Origin: an uncultured Methanosarcinales archaeon
GTDB lineage: Archaea > Nanobdellota > Nanobdellia > Woesearchaeales > CALCXY01
Reading direction: 5' to 3'
DNA length: 64,000 nt
Assembly: GCA_964385185.1 (NCBI GenBank)
Contig: CAYLOA010000004.1
Span: forward strand, 482-64,481
A program made the position numbers and the translations under genes. Shown one piece after another: positions 30,609 to 41,002 of this stretch (the stretch's first letter is position 1; every line of letters starts with the position of its first letter). The notes under the pieces are model-generated. The model saw only the letters and a program-made list of their open reading frames with translations. It did no database searches and was not told the DNA's origin.

Positions 30609-31402
30609 TGGATATCAACCTTATTAATTACGATAAAAAAACAGAACAATGTAGCTTTTTGTTAAAAGGATCTACACCTGTTGAAGCTAATACTCTGAGA
30701 AGAGCTATTATTGATTCCGTTCCTACTATGTCCATAGATATTGTAGAGATTCGAAAGAATAGTTCTGCACTTTATGACGAAATGATTGCTCATCGATTAG
30801 GTATGGTACCTTTGACTACTGATTTAAAATCATATATTCCGCCTGAACAAAGTAAAATGGAAGATCCTTACGAAGATCCAAGATGTACAGTTAAGTTAAC
30901 TTTGTCTGCAAAAGGACCTGGTTATGTGTATGCATCAGAGATGAAATCTAAAGATCCTAAAATTAAGCCTGTTTTTGATAAGATGCCTATTGGTAAATTG
31001 TTAAAAGGTCAAGATATTGAGTTGGAAGCAACTGCAATTCTTGGATATGGTAAACAACATGCAAAATGGGCTCCAGGATTAGCTTATTACACATACAGAC
31101 CTACAGTTGAGATTGTTAAAGAGGTTTCCAATGCAGAGGAAGTTTCTAAAGCTTGTCCTGCAGTATTTGAACTAAAAAACGGTAAATTATTCGTTAACAA
31201 AGATAATTTGTTAACTTCACAAAGCTATTCTCAAGCAGTTGAGATGGCAAAACCTGAAGGGTCAATTAAACTTACAGAAAGTGATACAGAATTCATATTC
31301 CACCTTGAATCTTGGGGTCAACTGAGTTGCAAAGAGATTTTACTCAAGGCTGTGGATACATTTGACGAGCAATTAGATGCTTTTGTCAGTGCATTAAAAT
31401 AA
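30608..31402 (+). CDS. rpoD: DNA-directed RNA polymerase subunit D (Rpo3)
   Basis: 264 aa, conserved position after S11. Confidence 0.85.
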   Translation: MDINLINYDKKTEQCSFLLKGSTPVEANTLRRAIIDSVPTMSIDIVEIRKNSSALYDEMIAHRLGMVPLTTDLKSYIPPEQSKMEDPYEDPRCTVKLTLSAKGPGYVYASEMKSKDPKIKPVFDKMPIGKLLKGQDIELEATAILGYGKQHAKWAPGLAYYTYRPTVEIVKEVSNAEEVSKACPAVFELKNGKLFVNKDNLLTSQSYSQAVEMAKPEGSIKLTESDTEFIFHLESWGQLSCKEILLKAVDTFDEQLDAFVSALK

Positions 31403-31406
31403 TCAA

Positions 31407-31505
31407 GCGGGGGTGCCGGAGTGGCCAAACGGGCAAGGTTGAGGTAGGAAACTTCAAACGCCTTGTGGCTTAGTGCCTGCGCGAGTTCAAACCTCGTCTC
31501 CCGCA
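31407..31505 (+). tRNA. tRNA-Leu (GAG) with 15-nt intron at the canonical 37/38 position (~31445-31459)
   Basis: Acceptor GCGGGGG/CTCCCGC, 3-bp D stem, anticodon stem CAAGG/CCTTG, loop TTGAGG with G37, variable arm GGCTTAGTGCC, T arm GCGAG-TTCAAAC-CTCGT. Confidence 0.8.
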
Positions 31506-31521
31506 TCAGGAATTTAGAAAA

Positions 31522-31884
31522 ATGGCAACACTACAAACAACAAATCCATTGTTAAAGAATTTGGTAGTGGAACTGCTCAAGAAATCTGAATCTGATGAAA
31601 CACCCATGTGGAAACGTGTTGCACATGATCTTGTCAAGACAGGTAAAAATAGAAGGATTGTGAACTTAACACGAATTAACCGACATACTAAAGAAAATGA
31701 GACTATCGTTGTACCTGGAAAAGTACTAGGAGATGGAGTTCTTGATCATACGTTAACTATTGCAGCTCACAGTTTTTCTTCACATGCTTTAGAAAAGATT
31801 GCAGAAGCTAAGGCTAAGGCAATTAGTATTGAAGAATTAATGAAAGAAGATATTAAAGGCAAAAGAGTGAGGATTATAGGATGA
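31522..31884 (+). CDS. rpl18e: 50S ribosomal protein L18e (eL18)
   Basis: Size and position (between rpoD and L13); basic protein. Confidence 0.8.
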   Translation: MATLQTTNPLLKNLVVELLKKSESDETPMWKRVAHDLVKTGKNRRIVNLTRINRHTKENETIVVPGKVLGDGVLDHTLTIAAHSFSSHALEKIAEAKAKAISIEELMKEDIKGKRVRIIG

Positions 31885-32297
31885 TAATTGACGGAACAGA
31901 TCTCATATTAGGAAGATTAGGTAATCAGATTGCTAAGCAAGCTTTACTTGGTCATACTGTTTCTGTTATTAACGGTGATAAAATAGTTATTACGGGTCGG
32001 AAAAAGGCTATCTTTGCAAAGTATAAAAATATTCAAGATAAAGGAACTCAATCAAAAGGTCCTTTTCTTCATAGAACTATTGAAAAATTTGTTAAGAGAA
32101 CTATCCGAGGGATGTTACCTTACAAACAATCAAGAGGGAGAGAAGCCTTTGATAGGATAAAAATTTATAAAGGTGTTCCCTCAACATTAAAAGATAAGGA
32201 AACAACTCCTATGGTAGGAGCAAGTGTTGATCGATTAAAGAAAATTCAATATACTAGTGTTCAAGAAGTATGTAGTCATTTAGGAGGAAAAGCATGA
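31881..32297 (+). CDS. rpl13: 50S ribosomal protein L13 (uL13)
   Basis: Conserved operon position; uL13 pattern. Confidence 0.85.
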   Translation: MIIDGTDLILGRLGNQIAKQALLGHTVSVINGDKIVITGRKKAIFAKYKNIQDKGTQSKGPFLHRTIEKFVKRTIRGMLPYKQSRGREAFDRIKIYKGVPSTLKDKETTPMVGASVDRLKKIQYTSVQEVCSHLGGKA

Positions 32298-32689
32298 AAG
32301 TAATCCATGAATCTGGAAGACGAAAACGAGCAATTGCTCGAGCAACGTTGAAGAAAGGAAAAGGAATCGTAAAGATAAACAATGTTCCTTTGGATTTGTA
32401 CACTCCTAAATTATCACGATTAAAAGTACGAGAACCTCTTATCTTGGCAGCAGATGTTGCTCAAGGTGTAGATATTGTTATTAGAGTTTTTGGGGGAGGC
32501 CAAGTGAGTCAAGCTGAAGCAGCAAGACTAGCTATGAGTCGAGCTTTAGTAAAACATAGTAAAAAATTGGAGACTGTCTTTTTGAAGTATGATCGGCAAT
32601 TTTTAGTAGCTGATCCACGATACAAAGAGGCTTCCAAGCCGAATAGGCATGGAAAGGCTCGGTCTAAGAGACAGAAATCCTACAGATAG
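32294..32689 (+). CDS. rps9: 30S ribosomal protein S9 (uS9)
   Basis: C-terminal ...KARSKRQKSYR. Confidence 0.9.
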   Translation: MKVIHESGRRKRAIARATLKKGKGIVKINNVPLDLYTPKLSRLKVREPLILAADVAQGVDIVIRVFGGGQVSQAEAARLAMSRALVKHSKKLETVFLKYDRQFLVADPRYKEASKPNRHGKARSKRQKSYR

Positions 32690-32699
32690 GTGAACAACA

Positions 32700-32897
32700 A
32701 TGATTATACCAATACGATGCATGAGCTGTGGAAAACCAGTTGGACAACTCTGGGAAGAATATAATGAAAGAGTTGAAAAAGGGGAAGATCCTAAGGCAGT
32801 TATGGACGAGTTAGGTCTTAAAAGATACTGTTGCAGAGGATTATTCTTAGGTCATGTAGATCTAGTAGATGCAGCTGCTGCATTTAAGAAATTTTAA
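32700..32897 (+). CDS. rpoN: RNA polymerase subunit N (Rpo10)
   Basis: IPIRCMSCGKPV...RYCCR zinc motif. Confidence 0.9.
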   Translation: MIIPIRCMSCGKPVGQLWEEYNERVEKGEDPKAVMDELGLKRYCCRGLFLGHVDLVDAAAAFKKF

Positions 32898-32931
32898 TTA
32901 GTTTTTTATACTCTTTTTTTCTATATTTAGT

Positions 32932-33513
32932 ATGCATAAACAGGATGAGTTACAATTATTGTTTTATTTTACTGCTGTTTATATTGTAGTGTTTACTTTA
33001 GTTGCTTATTATTATTCTAATTATGAATTTATGTTGTATACTTTGATTCTTGGTGCGTTGTTGTTTATTATTGTAAAACATCATGATGAAATGCATCTTA
33101 CGGTTCCTGTTATGTTAGGGAATAGTTTATTTGGGTTATTTCACATGTTGGGTGGAAACTTGTATATTAATGGGATACGGTTATATGATTTTCCACTTGT
33201 TACTGGATTAATTCGGTACGATCAGTTTGTTCATTTTTTTGGTGCTTTTATGGTAGTGGCGGTAAGCTATAATTTGTTACTCCCTCATTTGGATGCTAAG
33301 GTGAAACATCATTCTTTTTTATTAGGTTTGTTATTGGTATTAATTGCAGGAGGGATTGGGGTGTTTAATGAATTATTGGAATTATTGGCTGTTATTGTTT
33401 TACATGTAGGTCCTCAAGTGGGTGATTATTTGAATAATACTTTAGATTTATTGTATAATACTCTTGGCAGTGTGGTGGCTAGTATTTTTGTGATTAGCTA
33501 TCATCGTAAGTAG
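32932..33513 (+). CDS. Hypothetical polytopic membrane protein
   Basis: 5-6 hydrophobic segments. Confidence 0.4.
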   Translation: MHKQDELQLLFYFTAVYIVVFTLVAYYYSNYEFMLYTLILGALLFIIVKHHDEMHLTVPVMLGNSLFGLFHMLGGNLYINGIRLYDFPLVTGLIRYDQFVHFFGAFMVVAVSYNLLLPHLDAKVKHHSFLLGLLLVLIAGGIGVFNELLELLAVIVLHVGPQVGDYLNNTLDLLYNTLGSVVASIFVISYHRK

Positions 33514-33627
33514 TAAAAAGTAATTAATCTCGTAATTTTTTCGGATTATTTTAAAATTTTAACCACAACCACAAGACAACCGTTAGTAGCGCTTTTATTC
33601 TACGAAATTTCATTAATTAGGGGTAAA

Positions 33628-34593
33628 ATGAAATTTCATATAACAAAATTGCCATCTAAGCGAAACTATGTAGTTCTAGGTAAGCCATTTCATAATCGTA
33701 TATTCTTTCGATTAAAATTACGAGGTACTTATGTATTTTTGAGTAAAGAACTTGCAATCTCAAAATCACCATTAGGAAGATTTGTACGTAGAGAAATTGT
33801 TCGTATACGAGTTGATTTTGTTCTAAAAATTGCAAAATATCTTAACCTATCTTTGGAAGAGATAGAAAGAAATATCATTTGGATTGGAAACAATAACAGT
33901 AATGGAATTACAAATCCAAAACTTCCCTTTGATTTTTCATCAAGATATGCAGCACGATTCTTAGCTGCGATTTGTAATGATGGTTGTATTACAAATACAC
34001 ATGGAAAAGGTTCAAAATTTAGTTATGGATCTCTCCAATATTATAACAACGATCTCTCACTGTTGAGTTCTATTGCTGAGGCAGCACATAGTATTTTTGG
34101 TGGAAATCCTTTTAAAGTATATCACAGGAGAAATGAAACTTTTTTGATGTTTCCATCTATCTTAAGAGATGTGCTCATGGAAATCACAGATTTTCAAGGG
34201 ATTAAGTCAGAAAATAATCCTCGGATTCCTTGTATTATCTTTGAGGACCTTATTCTTCAGGCAGGCTGGATTGAACAAACAATCGCAGACGAAGGATGTA
34301 TCATGTTTTATCCGCATAAATATCGGAGAGAAGTAGTTTGGAGGAGATCTTTTAATAAAAACTTACAAATACCTAATTTAATCGAAGATGAGAAAAAAAT
34401 ACTCACCAATTTAGGTATATCCTTTGATGTAAGATTGATTAGTAAATATTCTACTAAGAAGGGTATACAAAAAGTAAGGTACCATGTAAGGCTTGCATGC
34501 AAACAAAATATTAAGAATCTAGCAAAGCTAATTAATATCCCTTCAAAACGGAAAAATGAATTGTTTTTAAAAATGGTAGACTCAATTAAATGA
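33628..34593 (+). CDS. Free-standing double-motif LAGLIDADG homing-endonuclease-like protein with N-terminal HTH-like region
   Basis: RFLAAICNDGCIT and LILQAGWIEQTIADEGCIMF fit LAGLIDADG motifs 1 and 2 at the usual ~100-aa spacing. Confidence 0.55.
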   Translation: MKFHITKLPSKRNYVVLGKPFHNRIFFRLKLRGTYVFLSKELAISKSPLGRFVRREIVRIRVDFVLKIAKYLNLSLEEIERNIIWIGNNNSNGITNPKLPFDFSSRYAARFLAAICNDGCITNTHGKGSKFSYGSLQYYNNDLSLLSSIAEAAHSIFGGNPFKVYHRRNETFLMFPSILRDVLMEITDFQGIKSENNPRIPCIIFEDLILQAGWIEQTIADEGCIMFYPHKYRREVVWRRSFNKNLQIPNLIEDEKKILTNLGISFDVRLISKYSTKKGIQKVRYHVRLACKQNIKNLAKLINIPSKRKNELFLKMVDSIK

Positions 34594-34614
34594 CCAAAAC
34601 TATTTTAAACAGAA

Positions 34615-37272
34615 TTGGGTTTACGCTGTAATATGGTAGAGTTTAGCAAATTTGAAAAAAAATGGCAAAATGCTTGGGAAAAAGATAAGATCTTTGAGGT
34701 TAATGAAAATTCCAAGAAAAAGAAATATTATGTTCTAGAAATGTGGCCATATCCCTCTTCAGGTGTTGGGTTGCATATGGGTCATGTTAGAAATTATACT
34801 ATTGGAGATGTTTTTGCCCGGTTTAAGCGAATGCAAGGGTTTAATGTACTGTATCCCATGGGCTACGACAGCTTTGGATTACCTGCTGAAAATGCTGCTA
34901 TTAAGGCTAAGTCTCACCCAAAATTATTTACTGAAAAAGCAATTAAAACCTTTATTCAACAGCAAAAGGCATTGGGTCTGAGTTATGATTGGACTCGGAC
35001 AAATAGTGCACATACTCCTGAATATTATCATTGGGATCAATGGATTTTCTTGAAGTTACTTGAGAAAGGTCTTGCTTACAAGAAGAAAAGTTCTGTAAAT
35101 TGGTGTCCTGAGTGTAAGACAGTATTAGCAAATGAACAAGTCCATGATGGGAAGTGTTGGAGACATTCAGGTACTTCTGTGGAGATGAAGGATTTGGAGC
35201 AGTGGTTTTTTAAGACTACAGAGTATGCTGATGAATTATATTCAGATATAGATGAGCTAAAAGATTGGGCTGAAGATGTTAAGTTAATGCAGAAGAATTG
35301 GATTGGTAAATCTCAAGGTGTAAATGTACAATTTGCTGTAAAGGATAAAAAAGTATCTTTGGAAGCTTTTACTACTACTATTGATACTATGTATGGAGTT
35401 ACTTTTGTTGTAATATCTCCTGAACATCCTTTAGTAAAGGAGTTAGTTACAAGTGAGCATAAAACACAGGTTGATATTTACTTAACAGAAGCGAGTAAAA
35501 AAACAGATCAAGAAAGAATGGAGAACAAAGATAAATCTGGTGTTTTTACAGGTAGTTATCTTATTAATCCTGTCAATGGAGAAGAAATTCCTTTATGGGT
35601 AGCTGATTATGTTTTGATGAGTTATGGGACTGGTGTTGTTATGGGTGTTCCTGCACACGATCAAAGGGATATGGATTTTGCGACGGAAAATGAAATTGAT
35701 ATCATTGAAGTTTTGGAATCTAAAGGAAAAAGTTTTGTGTATGATGATGTGGATAAATATACTGTTAAAGGTACGTTGATTAATTCTGATTCATTTAATG
35801 GTAAAGATATTTTAAAAGCTCGAGAAGAGATTACAAAATTCTTGGAAAAGGAAAAGAAAGCACAAAAAATTACCCAGTATAGATTACATGATTGGTTGAT
35901 TTCTCGTCAGCGGTTTTGGGGTTGTCCTATACCGATTATATATTGTGATGAGTGTGGGGCTGTTCCAGTTGCTGAGAAAGATCTTCCTGTTAAGCTGCCA
36001 GATGATTTTAAGTTTAAGGACAGTGAGGGTAATCCTCTAGAGCAATGTGAGAGTTTTGTCGACGTGAAATGTCCGAAATGTGATGGGAAGGCTCGTCGTG
36101 AGACAGATACCATGGATACGTTTGTGGATTCTTCTTGGTACTTCTTACGGTATTGTAATCCTAAAAATTCGAAGAAAATATTTGACCCTAAAAAGGTTAA
36201 TTATTGGATGCCTATTGATAAATATATTGGTGGAAAAGAGCATGCAACTATGCATTTGATTTATTTTAGGTTCTTTACAAAGTTTTTTAGGGATTTGAAA
36301 ATTTTGAAGGGTGATGAGCCAACTTATCATCTGTATAATCAAGGTATGCTTCATAAAGATGGAGTTGTTATGAGCAAGAGTAAGGGTAATGTTGTTAGTC
36401 AGGAGGAGATTTCTGAGAAATATGGGATTGATACAGCACGATTTTTTTTGATGTTTGTTGCTGCCCCTGACAAAGATGTTGAATGGGATGATAAAGGGGT
36501 TGAGGGGAGTTATCGGTTTTTGAATAAAGTGTTTAGTTTACTGGATAAGAAGTTGGTCGATAAGGATATGCCTAAGCAGGTTAGCAAAGTCAATAAGTTG
36601 ATTATTGATGTTACTCAGGACATTGAGGAGATGAGGTATAATTTGGGATTAATTAAGATTATGGAGATGGGAAACTATCTTTATAGGCAGGAGGAGATTT
36701 CGAAAAAGGTATTGGAGCAATTTGTTTTAGTTGTTAGTGTGTTTATTCCTCATATTGCGGAAGAGATGTGGAGTAAGTTAGATGGCAAGGGGTTTGTTAG
36801 CTTGGCAAAGTGGCCAAAAGGTGACAAGAAAAAGATTGATGTTACTTTGGAAGCTGAGGAGGCTCTTGTTGAACAGGTGAAGGAGGATGTTAGGAAGGTT
36901 TTAGAGTTGGCTGGTATGGAGTCTGCTGATAAGATTACTTTTATCATTGCCGATAGTTGGAAATTTGGATTGTTTTCTAAGGTTAAGAAGGAGTTGGAGA
37001 AGACTCATAATGTTGGAGAGATTATTAAGAAGGTTATGGATAAGAAGTATGGTAAAGAGATTGGTGGGCTTGTGCCTAGGTTGGTAAAAGATCCTTCTAA
37101 GATACCTGATACTGTGTTGAGTCAGAAAGTTGAGGAGAAAGTTTTAGAAGAAGTGCATCAAGAGTTGGTTACTGAGTTTGGGGCTCATATTGAGACTATT
37201 ATTGCTGAAGACAGTGATGAAGGGAAGAAAGGACAAGCTATGCCTGGAAGACCTGCAATTATTGTTAAATAA
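34615..37272 (+). CDS. leuS: Leucyl-tRNA synthetase (archaeal/eukaryotic type)
   Basis: HMGHVRNY (HIGH-type) and KMSKSKGN (KMSKS), 885 aa. Confidence 0.9.
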   Translation: MGLRCNMVEFSKFEKKWQNAWEKDKIFEVNENSKKKKYYVLEMWPYPSSGVGLHMGHVRNYTIGDVFARFKRMQGFNVLYPMGYDSFGLPAENAAIKAKSHPKLFTEKAIKTFIQQQKALGLSYDWTRTNSAHTPEYYHWDQWIFLKLLEKGLAYKKKSSVNWCPECKTVLANEQVHDGKCWRHSGTSVEMKDLEQWFFKTTEYADELYSDIDELKDWAEDVKLMQKNWIGKSQGVNVQFAVKDKKVSLEAFTTTIDTMYGVTFVVISPEHPLVKELVTSEHKTQVDIYLTEASKKTDQERMENKDKSGVFTGSYLINPVNGEEIPLWVADYVLMSYGTGVVMGVPAHDQRDMDFATENEIDIIEVLESKGKSFVYDDVDKYTVKGTLINSDSFNGKDILKAREEITKFLEKEKKAQKITQYRLHDWLISRQRFWGCPIPIIYCDECGAVPVAEKDLPVKLPDDFKFKDSEGNPLEQCESFVDVKCPKCDGKARRETDTMDTFVDSSWYFLRYCNPKNSKKIFDPKKVNYWMPIDKYIGGKEHATMHLIYFRFFTKFFRDLKILKGDEPTYHLYNQGMLHKDGVVMSKSKGNVVSQEEISEKYGIDTARFFLMFVAAPDKDVEWDDKGVEGSYRFLNKVFSLLDKKLVDKDMPKQVSKVNKLIIDVTQDIEEMRYNLGLIKIMEMGNYLYRQEEISKKVLEQFVLVVSVFIPHIAEEMWSKLDGKGFVSLAKWPKGDKKKIDVTLEAEEALVEQVKEDVRKVLELAGMESADKITFIIADSWKFGLFSKVKKELEKTHNVGEIIKKVMDKKYGKEIGGLVPRLVKDPSKIPDTVLSQKVEEKVLEEVHQELVTEFGAHIETIIAEDSDEGKKGQAMPGRPAIIVK

Positions 37273-37678
37273 TTCTTTCTGGTTTTACTGATTTATAGTT
37301 TTCTAATACTGGATGTAACCATTCTGGAAAATTTTCTTTATTTTCTATAGGTTGCCAATTATGGTCAGTATGTTCTTCTGATAACGTGATATTATTTGTA
37401 GGCGTGTTACAGAGAAATATAAGCATAGTTATTTGTTGTCCATCATCTCTTGTGAAGTGATGGATATCTAGAGGCATGTGGACATCTATATCTAGATTAG
37501 TTTCTTCTTTGGTTTCTCTTTTTATTCCTTCAAAAGGGTTTTCACCTAATTCTAATCTTCCACCAGGGATGTCCCAAGTTCCTGCTTTATGTGGATCATT
37601 TTGTCTTCGTTTAAGGAGAAGTACTTTATTATCTTTGACAATAAAAGATTTAACTGCAATTCTGAAGTTGTTTTCCAT
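37265..37678 (-). CDS. NUDIX hydrolase; the track's 5' extension to 37735 would overlap the SRP RNA, so the likely start is MENNF at 37678
   Basis: Nudix box GGRLELGENPFEGIKRETKEETNL. Confidence 0.75.
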   Translation of the reverse strand: MENNFRIAVKSFIVKDNKVLLLKRRQNDPHKAGTWDIPGGRLELGENPFEGIKRETKEETNLDIDVHMPLDIHHFTRDDGQQITMLIFLCNTPTNNITLSEEHTDHNWQPIENKENFPEWLHPVLENYKSVKPERII

Positions 37679-37685
37679 TTTGAAA

Positions 37686-37966
37686 ATAAGTGGAAGGCAT
37701 GCCCAAATATCAGAAAGATCAATTGCACATGGCAACCTTATCCTTTCCTCAACTCCGCTACCCCCAAAGCATCACATCCATAGCTTATGGCTGCTGCATT
37801 CCTGTCCTGACCAGATTCGTTATAAACATAACCATCAGGGACAGAGTCTCAACGTAGAGGACAAGACCACATACTTTTGATCAAACCTCAACCTAAGCTT
37901 CAGCTCCCCCATAAAGTCCGTTTGAGGTAACAGTACAGGACTACCGCACCAGCCTAGCCTTCCAGA
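37686..37966 (-). ncRNA. ffs: Signal recognition particle RNA (7S/SRP RNA)
   Basis: Minus strand reads CUGGUCAGGACAGGAAUGCAGCAGCCA (+37790-37822), matching the domain-IV/helix-8 consensus GGUCAGGNCCGGAAGGAAGCAGCC. The 8-bp terminal helix UGGAAGGC/GCCUUCCA is followed by an oligo-U stretch. A TTTATAAA TATA box lies ~25 nt upstream. GC-rich island with no ORF. Confidence 0.7.
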
Positions 37967-38052
37967 GTTAGGTAGTGTAATTGCGTTTATAAAGATTATG
38001 TACTTACTTGGAAGAAGATTGTGTATATTTAACCATATAAATCCTTATAAGT

Positions 38053-38886
38053 TTGATTTGTCTGGGTAGTAGTATGGAATCTCGTATTGTGTTTTTAGGT
38101 ACTGGTGGAGATCATCATGTTGTAAATAAGCAAGAAAGGAGTAGTGCGGGAATTCTTATACAAATGGATGGTTATCAATTTCATATTGATCCAGGTCCTG
38201 GAAGTTTAGGCAAATTAAAGGAATTTGGTATTAATCCTCGTGAGACTACTGCTTTAATGGTGAGTCACGCTCATCTGAGCCATTGTAATGATGCAAATTT
38301 GGTGCTGAGTGCCATGACATTAAATGGAATGGATAAACGAGGAGTATTAATTTGCAGTCCTAGTTTGGTAAATGGAACAGATAAGATTCGACCTGTTATT
38401 CCTGCTTACTATCAAGGGTTTGTTGAAAGAATTATTTTGCCTGAGGCTGGAAAACGAATTGGGATAGAAAATATTGAGATTCAAACCCTTAAAACGTTAC
38501 ATTCAGATCCGTACGGTTTGGGATTTAAATTTTATACACCTGAATTTGTTTTGACGTATTTAGGAGATACTACGTATCATGCAGAGTTACTCAAACAATA
38601 TGAGAAAACAGATATTTTGATCCTTAATGTGGTTCATCCTTTTGGACATAAATCTAAAATTAATATGACGAGTTATGACGCTGTAAAGATTATTAATAAA
38701 ATTAAACCACGATTGACCATAATTACTCATTTTGGACGGAAACTGTTGGCTGCCGATCCAGTTATGGAAGCTCGAGAATTAAGTCGACAAACTATGACTC
38801 AAGTGTTAGCAGCAACTGACGGAATGGTTATTAGTCCTAGTTATTATTCAGCTTCATCACGTCAGAAAACTTTGAAATCTTTCTAA
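38053..38886 (+). CDS. MBL-fold metallo-hydrolase
   Basis: SHAHLSHCND (HxHxDH-like). Confidence 0.65.
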   Translation: MICLGSSMESRIVFLGTGGDHHVVNKQERSSAGILIQMDGYQFHIDPGPGSLGKLKEFGINPRETTALMVSHAHLSHCNDANLVLSAMTLNGMDKRGVLICSPSLVNGTDKIRPVIPAYYQGFVERIILPEAGKRIGIENIEIQTLKTLHSDPYGLGFKFYTPEFVLTYLGDTTYHAELLKQYEKTDILILNVVHPFGHKSKINMTSYDAVKIINKIKPRLTIITHFGRKLLAADPVMEARELSRQTMTQVLAATDGMVISPSYYSASSRQKTLKSF

Positions 38887-39762
38887 TTATAGTATGAATG
38901 TAATTGCATATCCTAGAAGACATCCTGTTGTGATATAAGGCATGGCTGGATAGAATTTATCTTTCTTTGTTGTGATTAAAAGATATGTTAAACCTGCTGT
39001 TGCTCCTAGGGCGATTATTGTTGCTGAGAGAAATGCAATGTTTGGTGATATGGGTATAATTTTTTTCATAACTACTCCTGCGAAAATTAAGGGGAATCCA
39101 ATATCTCCCCCTCCTAGGACGGCATTTTTTACCATTATTTTTTTTGTGGGACCTTTTGGTTTTCTTATGGGTCCTAATTTATAAGGAATATTTAATCCTG
39201 CAAATGTCTTTGCTTCAGATTGAAAATTTGCTATAGAGATCATGTGTTTACTTTTGTTTACAGCATATATATCGTATACAGAAATGAGGAGGAGTAGAAG
39301 GATAGCTGCTGAGATATTCATTACTGGAACAAAGATGGCTGCTAATCCTGGATAGATGAATATTTCAGTTAGGTTATGGATGATGATGTTGGGTTTGAAT
39401 ACTTTCCAAAATCCTAAAAGGATTGCTAGCGTTAATGCTATTTTTTGGCCAAACGTGTTGAAAAATGCAAAGGTCATACAGGAGATTACTGCTGCAAGAT
39501 ACCAAGCCTTCCATAATTTTAGTTGTTTCCATCTGATGATGATTAAAATTATTCCTGTTGCTATCAATACTGCTGATAGGATGTAGATGAATGAAAAAGA
39601 TTCTTCAATAGGTGGTCTTTCTATGTTAAAGGGTAATTCGGTAAAGGTGACGGTATCTGTACTTGTAGGATCAATATATTGATTTATGATTGCTAGACCC
39701 ATTATTTGTGTGAATAAAAAGATAAGAATTAATGTTGCTGTGATGAGTCGAGAATGTTTCAT
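38887..39762 (-). CDS. Presenilin/signal-peptide-peptidase family intramembrane aspartyl protease (PSH-like)
   Basis: YD in a TM segment (LISVYDIYAV), LGGGD (GxGD), and a PAL-like PAMPYI, in a 9-TM-like 291-aa protein. Confidence 0.65.
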   Translation of the reverse strand: MKHSRLITATLILIFLFTQIMGLAIINQYIDPTSTDTVTFTELPFNIERPPIEESFSFIYILSAVLIATGIILIIIRWKQLKLWKAWYLAAVISCMTFAFFNTFGQKIALTLAILLGFWKVFKPNIIIHNLTEIFIYPGLAAIFVPVMNISAAILLLLLISVYDIYAVNKSKHMISIANFQSEAKTFAGLNIPYKLGPIRKPKGPTKKIMVKNAVLGGGDIGFPLIFAGVVMKKIIPISPNIAFLSATIIALGATAGLTYLLITTKKDKFYPAMPYITTGCLLGYAITFIL

Positions 39763-39838
39763 TTATTCTTGTTTGGTTGGATTGTATTTAAAGGTTTGGA
39801 TGAAAAGGTTTAAATAAATCCCTGTTGCTTTATGTGGT

Positions 39839-40954
39839 ATGGCAAAAGTTACTCCTTGGGAAGTTTCCGGTGTAGTTGATTATGATAAATTGATCAAGGA
39901 ATTTGGTACTCAGCGTATTGATGGGGATATGTTAAAGTTTTTTGAGAAAAAGGCAGGCAAACTTCATTATATGCTTAAAAGAAATATATTTTTTAGTCAT
40001 AGAGATTTAGGACAATTAATGCTAGATTATGGAAAGGGAATGCCTTTTGCTTTGTATACTGGTAGAGGTCCTTCTGGTCAAACACATCTTGGTAATATTA
40101 TTCCTTGGATATTCTGCAAGCATCTTCAAGATACCTTTAAGTCGGATTTTTATTTTCAAATAACTGATGATGAGAAATTTTTATGTAAAAATGATTTATC
40201 ATTGGAAGAAACAAATAAATTAGGTTATGAAAATGCATTAGATCTTATTGCTCTCGGATTTGATCACAAAAAGACCCATATTTTTGTGGATACTGATTAT
40301 ATCAAAACCATGTATCCTATTGCTTTAAAGATTGCTAAACGGGTGACAGCATCTCAGGCTAAATCTGTATTTGGGTTTGGAAATAGTACAAATATAGGCA
40401 TGTATATGTGGCCAGCATTACAGGCAGCAACTTGTTTTTTGCCATCTGTGTTACATAATAAACCGGTTCGAACGCTTATTCCAGCTGCAATTGATCAAGA
40501 TCCTTATTGGAGGATTGCTCGTGATGTTGCACCTAAGTTGGGTTTTCCTAAACCTGCAGCAATTCATAATAGATTTTTGCCTGCTTTGACTGGTCCTGAA
40601 GGGAAAATGTCTACTTCTGTGGGGAGTCATGCAACGATTTTTGCTACAGATGATGAAAAGACAGTTCAAAAGAAGGTGAATAAATACGCATTTTCCGGTG
40701 GACAGGTGACTGTGGAGGAGCATCGTAAGAAAGGAGGCAATCCCGACGTGGATAGTAGTTACCAATGGTTGACTTTTTTTGAAGAGGATGAGAAAAAATT
40801 AATGAAAATTTATCATGATTATAAAAGTGGTAGTTTGCTGAGTGGAGAATTAAAAATGATTCTAATTGATAAGTTGAATGAATTTCTGAAAAATCATCAG
40901 AAGAAACGAAAATTGGCTGAGAAAAAAGTAGATAAGTTTATACTGAAGGATTAG
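39839..40954 (+). CDS. trpS: Tryptophanyl-tRNA synthetase
   Basis: GRGPSGQTHLGN (HIGH region), KMSTS, archaeal-type class I. Confidence 0.9.
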   Translation: MAKVTPWEVSGVVDYDKLIKEFGTQRIDGDMLKFFEKKAGKLHYMLKRNIFFSHRDLGQLMLDYGKGMPFALYTGRGPSGQTHLGNIIPWIFCKHLQDTFKSDFYFQITDDEKFLCKNDLSLEETNKLGYENALDLIALGFDHKKTHIFVDTDYIKTMYPIALKIAKRVTASQAKSVFGFGNSTNIGMYMWPALQAATCFLPSVLHNKPVRTLIPAAIDQDPYWRIARDVAPKLGFPKPAAIHNRFLPALTGPEGKMSTSVGSHATIFATDDEKTVQKKVNKYAFSGGQVTVEEHRKKGGNPDVDSSYQWLTFFEEDEKKLMKIYHDYKSGSLLSGELKMILIDKLNEFLKNHQKKRKLAEKKVDKFILKD

Positions 40955-41002
40955 AAAGATATAAATAATGATACATATAGGTTGTAGTAACGAGGTGAAC
41001 TT

